The notes under the pieces were generated by a model that had not been told where the DNA came from, made no database searches, and saw only the letters and a list, made by a program, of their open reading frames with translations. Positions 18,204 through 30,600 of a DNA stretch of 64,000 nucleotides are shown piece by piece. The stretch lies in IMG/VR virus record IMGVR_UViG_3300021961_000038, positions 32,001 through 96,000 of that record. One strand, written 5' to 3'. The position numbers were made by a program, and so were the translations under genes. How positions within the stretch are numbered: the stretch's first letter is position 1; each line of letters begins with the position of its first letter. The DNA is from a virus.

Positions 18204-21200
18204 ATGGCAAGTAATAACAGACAGAATTCACTATTAGCGAACGAAGATTGGAGCAAGATTTATAAGTCTTTCACCGACGCTGATTTCACATCATATGATT
18301 TTCCTACTTTACGTAGAACAATGCTTACATATCTTCGTAACAATTATCCAGAAGATTTTAACGATTACATTGAATCAAGTGAATATCTTGCCTTAATAGA
18401 TCTTATAGCATTTTTAGGTCAAAGTATCTCTTATAGAATTGACTTAAATGCTAGGGAAAACTTTATTGAATTAGCAGAACAAAAAGATAGTGTTTTAAGA
18501 TTAGCAAGATTAGTAGGATATAACACAAAACGTAATCAGGGTGCAAGAGGATTACTAAAAGTTATCGGTGTGCAAACAACAGAAGGAGTACAAGATAGTT
18601 TAGGTGTTAGCCTTGCAAACAGATTTATTGTATGGAACGATGAAACAAACACAAACTGGTTAGAACAATTTCAAACAGTTTTAAATTCAGCAATGCCAGG
18701 ACAAATGGTAGTTGGTAAACCATCACAGTCAAATGTTGTCGGTGGAATTCAAACAGAACAATATAAACTTAACACAACAAACACTGATGTTCCTTTGTTT
18801 AACTTTTCTAAAACAATACAAGGAAGAAACGTTACATTTGAAATTGTTAGTGCGGGTGTTGAAAACTCAGATGTTACTGAAGAAACTCCAGTTTTAGGAA
18901 ACAGTGTTGGATTTTTATATAGAAATGACAAAAGAGGAAACAGTTCACCTAACACAGGATTTTTCTTTCATTTTAAACAAGGATCACTACAAAGTTCAGC
19001 ATTTACATTAAATGACCCAAGTCCAAACGAAATTGTAAATGTTGATGTTCCTAATATTAACAATTCTGATGTTTGGTTATGGCAAGTAGATAGATTCGGC
19101 AACTACACAAATCTATGGACAAAACTAGATTCTGTTTATGGAAGCAATGTTGTTTACAATTCTATCAATCAAAAAACAAGAACAATTTATAGTATTGCAA
19201 CTAGAGATCAAGATCAGGTTAGTTTAAATTTTGCTGACGGAAATTTTGGCGAATTACCAAAAGGTGATTTCCGTTTGTATTATAGAACTTCAAACGGGTT
19301 AAGTTACATAATATCTCCAACTAATATGCAAAACATTGTTATTGAAGTTCCTTATGTAAACAAGAACGGTGTTTCTCATACATTAATTGTACAGATGGGA
19401 TTACAATCTTCTGTAACAAATTCTTCTGCAACTGAAACAGTTGATTCGATTAGAGAAAATGCACCACAGGCATTCTACACACAAAACAGAATGATTACCG
19501 GTGAGGATTATAATACATATCCATTAACAAGTAATCAATCAATTATCAAAGCAAAAGCAGTTAATAGAGCAAGTTCAGGAATTTCAAGACAGTATGATAT
19601 TGCAGACCCAACAGGAAAATATTCAACAACTAATTTAATTGCTGACGATGGTATTTTATACAAAAATGATTTTGAAACTGATTTTACATTTACATTCCAA
19701 ACACGTAATGATGTATTGGGTGTATTAAGAAATAATATTGAACCTATTATTACAAGTTTGCCAACAAAAGCATTTTACTATGATAAGTTTCCAAGAATTA
19801 GTACAAGCGGTATTAATATTGATTGGGTGCATTCAACATCAGCATCGAGTTCATCAACGGGTTATTTCCGTAACAATGTAAACAATGCTCCAATTACAGT
19901 CGGAACGTTTACAAGTAACAACTTTAAATTTGTGCAATCAGATTCAATGATTAAATTTGTTCCACCTAGTGGAAGATACTTTTTGCCTAATGGTACACTA
20001 ACAACAGTTAGAGGAAAAACAACTTCCAATTATATTTGGGCAAAAGTTATTAATGTTGTAGGTGACGGTTCAAATGGCGGACTAGGTAATTTAGATGATG
20101 ATACAGGACCTGTAATTTTAAGTGAACAAATTCCTTCACTAGCAATACCAAGTGAAGTTATTCCTAATATTATTACAGATTTACCTACTGATATTGAAAC
20201 AGAAATTGTTGATCTAGTGTTTAACTACAAAACATTTGGTTTACGCTATGATCAGTCTAGTTTAACATGGAAAATTATTGCTAACGCTAACCTAAACACA
20301 AAAGAAGGCTTTAGTTTAGATCGACAAGGTGATACAACAGGAACCAAGTCAGATAAAAGTTGGTTTGTCTTATTTTCTAATGACGGTGAAACATATACTG
20401 TAACATATCGTGGATTAGATTATAGATTTGAAAGCGAAAATCTAATTCAATTCTTTGTTGATATTGGTAGTAAAAAGTTCAACAGTGAAACAGGTAAAGT
20501 AATTAAGGATCAGGTAAAAGTTCTTAAAGTAAATGAAGATCCAACACAGGATACAATTCTTGCAAAAGATTTCCAATGGGAAATTATTGCTCCTGTAACA
20601 AGTATTGATGGATATCAAGAAACTAATAAAATTGCAGTAAACTTTTATGATTCAGATGACGACGGAATGATAGATGATCCTGATTCTTTTATAAACATTG
20701 TTTCTCCTAATAATGTAGATAATAGAGGATATAAAAATAAATTTGTTTTCTTTCAAACATCAGTGGTTGGTAACAATACAATTACTTCTAAAGTAAGTTC
20801 AGACAACTTTGTAATTTTTGACAAAGAAGAAAAAGTAACACTAGCAAACTTTACAGATGGACAATTATTTTATTTTTATGATCAAACAGAAGATGTTGTA
20901 AAACAGTATAATGCAACACTAGGTTCTTTGGTTTTAAAAAATGATTATTATGCAAAACCAGGTCGAGATGCGATCAAGTTTCAGTATATTCATAATGCAG
21001 AAAACGATAGACGTTTAGATCCAAGTAAGACTAACATTATCGACCTGTATGTTTTAACAGATACATACGACAATCAATATAGATCATATATTAACGGTGG
21101 TGCGTCTAAACCAACTGCACCAACAACTGAACAACTTCGTATGCAGTTTGAAACTGAATTGAATAAAGTTAAAGCAATCAGTGATGAAATCATTTTCCAT

Positions 21201-21662
21201 AGTGTAAGATATAAATCATTATTTGGTGCGGATTCGGAAACAGCATTACAGGCAACATTTAAAGTTGTTAAATCGCCCGGAATAACTCTAAGTGATAACG
21301 AAATTAGATCAAATGTAATTGAGGCAATTAATGAATTCTTTACAATTGATAATTGGAATTTTGGAGATAGTTTTTATTTTACAGAATTAGCAACATATGT
21401 ACAAACCAAGTTAATACCTAATGTTGCAAACTTTGTGATAGTTCCAAGAAGTAGCAGTCAGACTTTTGGATCACTATTTCAGGTATCAAGCAGATCAGAC
21501 GAAATTTTTATTAGTACTGCAACTGTGGACAATGTTGAAATCATAGATAGCATAACAGCCGCTAACTTAAAAGCAGACGGTAATATTATTACCACAATCG
21601 ATCAGGTTACAGGCGGAGTTTCAATTGCTTCTGGAACCGCAACATCGAGCAGTGGTTACTAG
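18204..21662 (+). CDS. gp6: baseplate wedge protein, gp6-like
   Basis: DFNDYIESSE..ALIDLIAF, ENF...AE...SVLRLA...GY, FADG.FG.LP, ETVDSIR.NAP..FYTQNRMITGEDY. Confidence 0.85.
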   Translation: MASNNRQNSLLANEDWSKIYKSFTDADFTSYDFPTLRRTMLTYLRNNYPEDFNDYIESSEYLALIDLIAFLGQSISYRIDLNARENFIELAEQKDSVLRLARLVGYNTKRNQGARGLLKVIGVQTTEGVQDSLGVSLANRFIVWNDETNTNWLEQFQTVLNSAMPGQMVVGKPSQSNVVGGIQTEQYKLNTTNTDVPLFNFSKTIQGRNVTFEIVSAGVENSDVTEETPVLGNSVGFLYRNDKRGNSSPNTGFFFHFKQGSLQSSAFTLNDPSPNEIVNVDVPNINNSDVWLWQVDRFGNYTNLWTKLDSVYGSNVVYNSINQKTRTIYSIATRDQDQVSLNFADGNFGELPKGDFRLYYRTSNGLSYIISPTNMQNIVIEVPYVNKNGVSHTLIVQMGLQSSVTNSSATETVDSIRENAPQAFYTQNRMITGEDYNTYPLTSNQSIIKAKAVNRASSGISRQYDIADPTGKYSTTNLIADDGILYKNDFETDFTFTFQTRNDVLGVLRNNIEPIITSLPTKAFYYDKFPRISTSGINIDWVHSTSASSSSTGYFRNNVNNAPITVGTFTSNNFKFVQSDSMIKFVPPSGRYFLPNGTLTTVRGKTTSNYIWAKVINVVGDGSNGGLGNLDDDTGPVILSEQIPSLAIPSEVIPNIITDLPTDIETEIVDLVFNYKTFGLRYDQSSLTWKIIANANLNTKEGFSLDRQGDTTGTKSDKSWFVLFSNDGETYTVTYRGLDYRFESENLIQFFVDIGSKKFNSETGKVIKDQVKVLKVNEDPTQDTILAKDFQWEIIAPVTSIDGYQETNKIAVNFYDSDDDGMIDDPDSFINIVSPNNVDNRGYKNKFVFFQTSVVGNNTITSKVSSDNFVIFDKEEKVTLANFTDGQLFYFYDQTEDVVKQYNATLGSLVLKNDYYAKPGRDAIKFQYIHNAENDRRLDPSKTNIIDLYVLTDTYDNQYRSYINGGASKPTAPTTEQLRMQFETELNKVKAISDEIIFHSVRYKSLFGADSETALQATFKVVKSPGITLSDNEIRSNVIEAINEFFTIDNWNFGDSFYFTELATYVQTKLIPNVANFVIVPRSSSQTFGSLFQVSSRSDEIFISTATVDNVEIIDSITAANLKADGNIITTIDQVTGGVSIASGTATSSSGY

Positions 21663-21676
21663 AAGGTAATTGAAAG

Positions 21677-24600
21677 ATGGCATATAGCGAAGACAATCAA
21701 ACACCAATAAGTGTTGAAAATAAAGACAAGCACCGTAATAGTGCTGATCTTTTACCTTTGTATTTTAGAACTGAAGCAAATAAAAAGTTCTTAGGTGCAA
21801 CACTTGACAGTTTAATTTCTAAAGGTAATTTAGAAAGATTAAACGGTTATGTTGGTTCAAGATATTCTAAAAATAGCAAACCCTCAGACGTTTATATTCC
21901 TGAACCAACTAATAATAGAAGAAGATATAATTTTCTTCCTAGCGTTGTAATTCGAGATGATTTTGCGGATAAGACAGAATGGGTAGCAACGTATGATGAT
22001 CTAATAAATCAAATTAATTATTTTAACGGTGAAACAACCAATCATAGTAGATTAACATCAAGCGATTATTACGTATGGAATCCACTAATTGATTTTGACA
22101 AGTTTGTTAATTACCGTCAATATTATTGGCTACCTAATGGTCCTTCTCCGGTAACAGTAACAGGAAATTCTGAAGGTACTACAAGCACATTTCAGGTAAC
22201 AAACAGCGGAAACGAAGCATGGGTGTTTACGCCTAACGGTTTTAGCAAAAATCCTATATTAACATTGTATAGAGGTGCAACATATGTCTTTGATGTTAAT
22301 GCAGTAGGACATCCTTTCTATCTTAAAGTATCAAAACAGATTGGTGCAGTAGATCAATACAATGATGGTGTACAAAATAACGGAACAGAAGTAGGAGTAG
22401 TTACTTTTACAGTACCGTCATCTGCTCCAGACACATTATATTATGTCTGTGGTAGACATCAATCAATGCAGGGATTTTTTGAAATTAAAAATGCCGAAGA
22501 AGAATTAACGGTTAATATTAATACAGAAATTTTAGGTAAGAAAGAATACACCAGTGCTAACGGTGTTAAGTTTACTAACGGACTTAAGGTTAACTTTGAA
22601 GGAGAGGTTACTCCTACAACTTATAAGAATAGAAATTTTTATGTTGAAGGTGTTGGAGATAAGATAAAACTTATTCCAGAAGATCAATTAAGAACTCCGG
22701 AAATTTACAGTTCAAACTTTGACTATGAGTTTGATGTTGAAGAATATGATGACACTCCGTTTGATGATGTTGAGAGTTATCCAACAAAGCAAGAATATAT
22801 TACAATTAACAGAAGTGCTCAAGATAAAAATCCATGGAGCAGATATAATAGATGGGTTCACAAAGATGTTATCGAAGCATCTGCAACATACAATAACACA
22901 GTTATTGTTCTTGATGAAAATCAACGTGCAAAAAGACCTATTATTGAATTTAATCCTAATATTAAATTACATAACTTTGCCTCTTATGGTAGAGATTATA
23001 TTGATCTAATCGATACTCGAACAACAGATGTTATGAGTGATGTTGAAGGGTCAATTGGATACTATGTAGATGAAGTTATTCTTAAAAAAGGAATGCGTAT
23101 TATTTTCAATGCAGATCCTGATATTACTGTTAAAGGTAAAATTTATGAAGTAGACTTTGTTGAATTTGAAGGTAAATCAAGAGTACATTTAGAAGAAGTA
23201 TATACTCCTGTTGTAGGCGACGGTGTTGTTGTTGTCGACGGCGAAGGTAATCAAGGTAAGAGTTGGTTTTATAATGGAACAACTTGGATTCAAGGACAGC
23301 AGAAAACTTCTTTAAACCAAGCACCTAAATTTGATTTATTTGACAAAGCAGGTAATAGTTATTCAGATGAAACTTATTATAGTGGAACAACATTTAAAGG
23401 TAATGAACTTGTTAGTTACAAAGTAGGTAGCGGATCCAATGACGTAATTTTAGGATTTCCTATCTCCTACCAAAACGTAAACAACGTTGGTGATATTGTT
23501 TTTGAATTTGATTGGGACGATAATACTTTTAATTTTACAGACAATACAACAATTAAAACGGTTGACACAGCAAGTGGATATGTTAAAATCTTTTCTGATG
23601 CTACAACAAGTCGTTATGAAGGCGGATGGTTAAAAGCAAAACAAAAAACAAGACAAGGTATTATACAGTTAAATGATATTGAACAAGCAACAAATACATT
23701 ACAAATAGTTTGTATTGATAATCCACATCTTTATCTCAATGATATGGAGATCACAATTGAGTTTAATGATAAGGTATACAAACCAACAACTGACTTTAAT
23801 CTTATTACAAACGAAGTTACAAACACAGTATCTTTGGTGTTTTCAAGTGTAACAATACCTGCAAATACAAGAACAGTTTTAAAAGTTCATACAAAACAAA
23901 AACCAAATGCAAATGGTTTTTATGAACCACCTCTTAACTTAACAAACAATGCTGAAAACAACGACTTAACTACATTTACTTTAGGTAGTATAAGTGACCA
24001 TTTCAAAACTATATTTGAAAACAATGTTAACATTACAGGCGAAGCATTTGGACCTAACAATTCAAGAGATTTAACAAATATTCATGTAAGTGGATTACGC
24101 TATGTTAAACACGGTGGTTCGTTATTGAATAGTATTTTTAGTTTAGTTGATTATGATACTAATCTTATTAAAGCAATTAGAAAACAAGCAAAAGATTATA
24201 ACTTCTTTAAAGAACAGTTTTTAGTTAAAGGCTTAGAACTTGAATTATCAGGTAACGTAAGCAATGATGTTGACGACATTCTTTATGCAATGTCATTGGA
24301 TAAAAAAATATCATCACCTTATTACTATTCTGATATGGCTGGATTTGGTAAAAAAGTATCCATTAGAGAATATACAAAGTCAGCACCAACACAACAGGTA
24401 TTTGGTTTAGATTCTAACTTTAAAATTTCCGAACTATCAAATAGATCAATCTATGTTTATGTTAATGATCAACAATTATATTATGGTCAAGATTATGAAT
24501 TTGATCCTGTCGATAACGGTGTAACTATTTTAAAGAAAACAGCAGTTGGCGACAAAATTACAATCAAAGATTATGATACAGTTGGTAACGTCATTCCACA

Positions 24601-27600
24601 AACACCAACTAAGTTAGGATTATATCCTAAATTTAAACCAGAAATTTATACTGACACGTCTTATGTAACTCCTCGTGAAATGCTTAAAGGTCATGACGGA
24701 TCAATTACAGCAACATACGGCGATGTAAGAGATGACTTATTATTAGAATTTGAAAAGAGAATTTACAACAATATTAAAGTTTCTTACAACAGAGATGTGT
24801 TTGATATTAATGAATACATACCAGGTGCATTTAGAGATACAGAATATTCTTTAGAAGAATTTACAAGAATTATGCGTAATGATTTTGGATCATGGGCATC
24901 ATTATATCAAGTAGATATCACAACAAATAATGTAACGGATGTTGATAATCTTTTTACAATAAATTATAATTCAACATTAGATACAATTAATAACGAATTA
25001 TTGCCAGGTTACTGGAAAGGAATCTATAATAAGTTTTACGGAACATGGAGACCTAATATTGCTCCGTGGGAGTGTTTAGGTTTTAGTGAAAAACCTGATT
25101 GGTGGGAAAGCGAATACGGTCCAGCACCATACACTTCTGGTAACAAAAAATTATGGGATGATATACAACTAGGAAGAATACGATATAAAACAGGAGAACA
25201 AATTAATCCTGTTTATGCGAGATCAAAACTGTCAAGCATTATTCCTGTTAATGAGTATGGTGATTTATTAGATCCTGTTAGAGTAGGAATTGTTGGAGAA
25301 CTTAATAATGCAACATTAACTAGAGACTTTGTGTTTGGTGATTTTCATCCAGCAGAAATTTCTTGGAGAACATCTAGTTGGTATCCATATGCATTACAGA
25401 TTGCATTAGCACTAACTAAACCTGCACAGTATTTAGGTAGTTTGTTTGATACATCACAAAATGAAATTGCACCTAGTGGAAGTTTATTGTATAAATCATC
25501 AGGAAAAATATTAGATTTAACTGATGCAAAAATACACACATTAGATTATAATAATGTAAAGCACTTTGGGTTAGGCTATCATGTTTTTGTTGTTGAGTAC
25601 TTAAAAAGTTTAGATAAACCTGTTAGTGAAAGTTATTACACAAAAATTTCTAAAACAAGTATGAACTTGGTTTATAAGTTAGGCGGCTTTGCGGCTAAAA
25701 GCAGATTGCGTGTTTTATTAGAAAGTTCAAACCCTGACAGCAAAGAAACAAGCATTTTCTTACCGGCAGAAAATTACGAATTAAAATTTAGAACATCTAA
25801 TCCTGTAAAATCATCAAAACTAAGTGGAATTATTGTTGAAAAAACAGAAAGAGGATATCTAGTTAGAGGATATGATAATTTACAGCCTTACTTTACAGTT
25901 TATGATCCAATCCATCAAAAGGACGATCCTGTTATTAATGTTGGCGGAACAAGTGCCAAATATGTTTTATGGACTAGAGAGAAATTCTATGGCATAGGAC
26001 AAATTGTCGAATCAGGCGGAAGATATTATCGTTGTAAAGAACAGCACACAAGCACGAATGAATTTGATCCTAGCAAATTTACAACATTACCAAATCTTCC
26101 TTTAACAGGCGGTGCCGAAGTACAAAAACCAAGACGATGGAAAACTAAATCTAAAGTTGTTCCATACGGCACAACTTATCAAAAAATACAGGATGTTTAT
26201 GATCTTATCTTAGGTTATGGTAAATGGCTAGAAGATGAAGGTTTTATATTTGACAAATATCTATCAGAATTATTAGAAATTCAAAACTGGGAATTCTCTG
26301 GTAAAGAATTTTTATTCTGGACCACACAAGGATGGTCATCAAACAGTGTTATTGCATTGGCTCCTTTTGCAGACGGAATTAAATTTAGTTTCAGTGCAGG
26401 ACAAGTTGACAATGTATTAAACAGTTTTTATGATTATACTATTTTAACAGCAAGTGGTAGTATATTACCGCGTGATCAATTTAGCACAACAAGACAAGAC
26501 GGTGCGTTTACAATTAGACCTCGCGATACAAATAACGGAATTTATTTTATACAATTAAATCTTGTACAAAAAGAACACGTTATTGTATTTGATGATAAAA
26601 GTCAGTTCGGTGATATTCTTTATGATCAAGAAGCAGGTTATAGAGCAAAACGTATTAAACTATTAGGGTTTAAAACTAGTGAGTGGAATGGTGATTACTA
26701 TTCTCCAGGTTTTATTTACGATGAAGCACAAATTACAGATTGGTTACAGTTTAAAGATTATTATCTAGGTGAAGTTGTAAGATATAAAAGCGTTTATTAT
26801 AGTGCTAAAAAGTTTATTCCTGGAGTAGATAAATTTGAAATCAATGATTGGATATATCTAGGAACAAAACCGATTGCTGAACTTTTACCAAACTTAGATT
26901 ATAAAGCAAGTTCTTTTGAAGATTTTTATAGTTTAGAAAGTGAAAACTTTGATGTTAATCAAACTAAATTTGCACAACATTTGGTAGGATATCAAAAGCG
27001 TACATATCTTGACAATTTAATTCAAGACGAAACTACACAGTATAAATTCTATCAAGGATTTATTAAAGAAAAAGGAACAAAAAATTCAATTGAAAAAATT
27101 CAACGTTTAAGAATTGAAGGCGTTGACACAAACATTGATATTGACGAAGAATGGGCATTTAAGGTCGGAAGTTTAGGAAGTAATTCGACTGTTAAAGAAA
27201 TAGAGTTTGCATTAGATGAAACATTAAATGTCGATAATCCTCAAGGTTACGATTTTGTTTCTCAACGATCTACAGGAACTACAAGCAGTAACATTATTAA
27301 GTTATTATCAAAAGATATTGCTGTTAAGCCATCGGACTATAATAACAATCCTTGGCCGTTGTATGATAGATCAGTATCTGAAAACACCATTGATTATCTT
27401 CAAAAACTTCCTGTTGCAGGAACACCTAGGCTTGATGATGTAACAATAACGCTTTTTAATTATGATGATATTATTGGTAACGCTGTTGTAAATTCTTTAA
27501 AAGAAGGAGATACTATCTGGCTTGCTAAAAATAAAAGAAAAGATTGGGACGTTTTAAGATTAACAGGACTTAGATCTAGATTAACACAAACAGAAAACAA

Positions 27601-30600
27601 AACACCTAGCATTGACGGTAACGGTATTGTAACACTATACACAGATTTACCGCACGGTTTATCACAAGGATCAATTATTTCAATTAAAGACTTTGATCCT
27701 TTAATTGATAATGTTTATGAAGTTAATAGTGTATTAAGTTCTGATACATTTACTATAAGAACAGATTATGATACATTACCTTTGCAGTCTGATAGTTCAA
27801 CAGGCAGTTTATTAGAATTTGTTTCAATCAGATTAGCAAACATTGACGATTTAAATGATCTAAAAGAAGTAACAGAATTTGCTGTGGGAAGTAAAGTATT
27901 TGCTGATTCAGATTCTAACGGTAATTGGGGAGTATACGAAAAGTCAACAGCATTTGTAAGAAACAAATTTGGATGTGTTAATAACATTCCTGATCAATCA
28001 TTTGGTCAAACAGTTATTTCTGGAGACTCAGGAAGATTAATTGTTGTTGGTGCAACACAGGGCGGCGATGAAGGTAACGTTTATATATTAAGAAGAAAAT
28101 TTAATACTGATATATCAACACTTGAAGGAGTACAAGGTTTTGCTCTCAGTGCCAACGCACTAGACAATCTTGTTGATGGAAGACCTAAGTTCGGTTGGAG
28201 TTTAGCACTATCACAAACAGATACACATTTGGTTGCAGGTGCACCGTTTGCCTCAAACTTTAGATCTACAAGCGATTCGAATAAACCTAAATTCTTTTTT
28301 GGAGCAACAGGTTCTGCTGTTCAAGGAAGCGTAAAATCAGGCGTTATAAAAGTTTTAAAATACAACACACTAACAAACTTGTATGATACAGAATATGTTT
28401 TAGGATCACCAGATCCTCAATCAAATGCAGAGTTTGGTTATTCTGTTGCTATTTCAGATACAAGATTATTGGTAGGTGCCCCTGGACAAACAGGAGATCA
28501 AGGTAATGTGTTTATTTTCGAAAAAGTTAATGACGATTGGCGTGTTGCAACAAACTATAAATTAGGATTTTCAAATGCTAGATCGGGAGATAGATTTGGT
28601 GAAATTATTGCTTCATCAAAAGACCTATCAACTATTGCCGTAAGTGCGTCAGGCTATGAAGTAAACGAGGATAGCACTTATGACATTTCAGAAGGTGCTG
28701 TTCATATCTATACATATAACACATCAACATCTTCATATGATTTATTGCAATCACTAACAGCATCTACACTTGGTCTTGGAATAACAACAGGAGACCAATT
28801 TGGTAGAGCAATTTCTTTAAATGATGACGGAACAGTTTTAGTTGTTGGTACACCTTATAGTGATATTAAGACTAATAACAATGGAGCAGTATACTACTTT
28901 AAAAAATCAGGTAATACATTTGTTCTTGATCAAGTAATACTTTCGCCAGAAAAACTTTTAGGAGAAAGATTCGGAACCAACATTTCTTTGAATTCTGCAG
29001 GTGATTCTTTTGTGGTATATGCTGAGGGCGGTAGAAACGAAACCGAAACAGTATTTGATCAATACATTACACCAAATAATCCTGCTAGTGGTGAGAACGA
29101 TTTCCCAACTACCTTTGATGCAAACACAACAAAGATTACAGACTTTACACAAGCAACAGGTACAGTTTACTCTTATACTAAACTAGGAACTAAATTTGTG
29201 TTTGGTCAAAAGTTGGTTAGTTATGATATTTCAACTAATGATGGTTTTGGTCAAGGATTAGATTATTCCACTAATAGTGTATTAATTGGTGCACCGCAAG
29301 GAAATCTTGATACAGGAGAGCAAACTGGTACGTTATATGTTTACCAGAAAGAAAAAACTGCTGGTTGGAATCTATTAAGACAAGAAACAGAATTTACTAA
29401 CCCTTATAAAATTAAAAACGTATTCACATATGATACAACAAAAAGTGAAGTAAAAGATTATTTAGAAGTGTTAGACCCTGCTAAAGGAAAAATTCCTTTC
29501 CTAGCAGAAGCAGAATTAAGTTACAAAACAAACGTAGATCCGGCAATTTATAGCGTTAGTGATAAAAATGTAAATGTTAATGAGAATAAGCCTTGGACTG
29601 ATGAACACGTGGGCGAGTTGTGGTGGGATTTAGACTCGGTTCGTTATGTTTATTACGAACAAGGAGATACAGAATTTAGAACTAATAACTGGGGAACATT
29701 ATTTCCTGGATCGTCAATTGACATCTATGAATGGATTGAATCAGACATATTACCAAGTGAATGGAATGAAATTGCAGACACCAACGAAGGTATTGCAATA
29801 GGATTTAGCGGACAAGCAAGATATGATAACAACACACTAGCAGTTAAACGTGTGTACAATTCAACCACAAATTCATTCCAAACAAGATATTACTATTGGG
29901 TTAAAAATTCAGTTATTGTTCCAGATGAAAATAACAAAAGAAGAATTCCTGCAATTGAAGTAGCGAATATCATTACTAATCCTATTGCTTACGGAATTAA
30001 AAGTTTACAAGTTTTAAGTAAAAATAGTATTAGTTTGTCTAATATTAAAACTACATTAGCAGATAAAAATGTAAGTATTGCAATTTACTATTCTAATGTT
30101 GAAACAGATTTACCTGAACACAACGAGTGGTTACTATTAAGAAATAATCAAACTGCTAAGATTGATCATAGTTTATTAATCAAAAAATTATACGACAGTT
30201 TAGTTGGTTTTGATGATCAAGGAAATGCTGTTCCGGATCCTAACTTACCTGCACAACGAAAATACGGATTACAGATACGTCCAAGACAGTCTATGTTTAA
30301 AGATAGATTACAGGCGTTAAAAGTAGTGCTTACATTTGTTAACCAAGTAATGACAGGTGAAAGAATTGTTGATACTAAAAACATTTCAAAACTTCGTCAA
30401 AACGACCCACAACCAACTGCTATTTCAGGAAAATATGATGTTAAGGTTGATAACTTTAGCGATATAGAACTTATTGGAACACAGGAACTAATTCAAGGCA
30501 AACTATCGCCAGTGTTTAAAAATGGTCGTTTAAGTAAAGTTAATATTGTAACACAAGGATTTGGTTATAAAATTGCACCAGAAGTAGTTATTGTTGGTGA

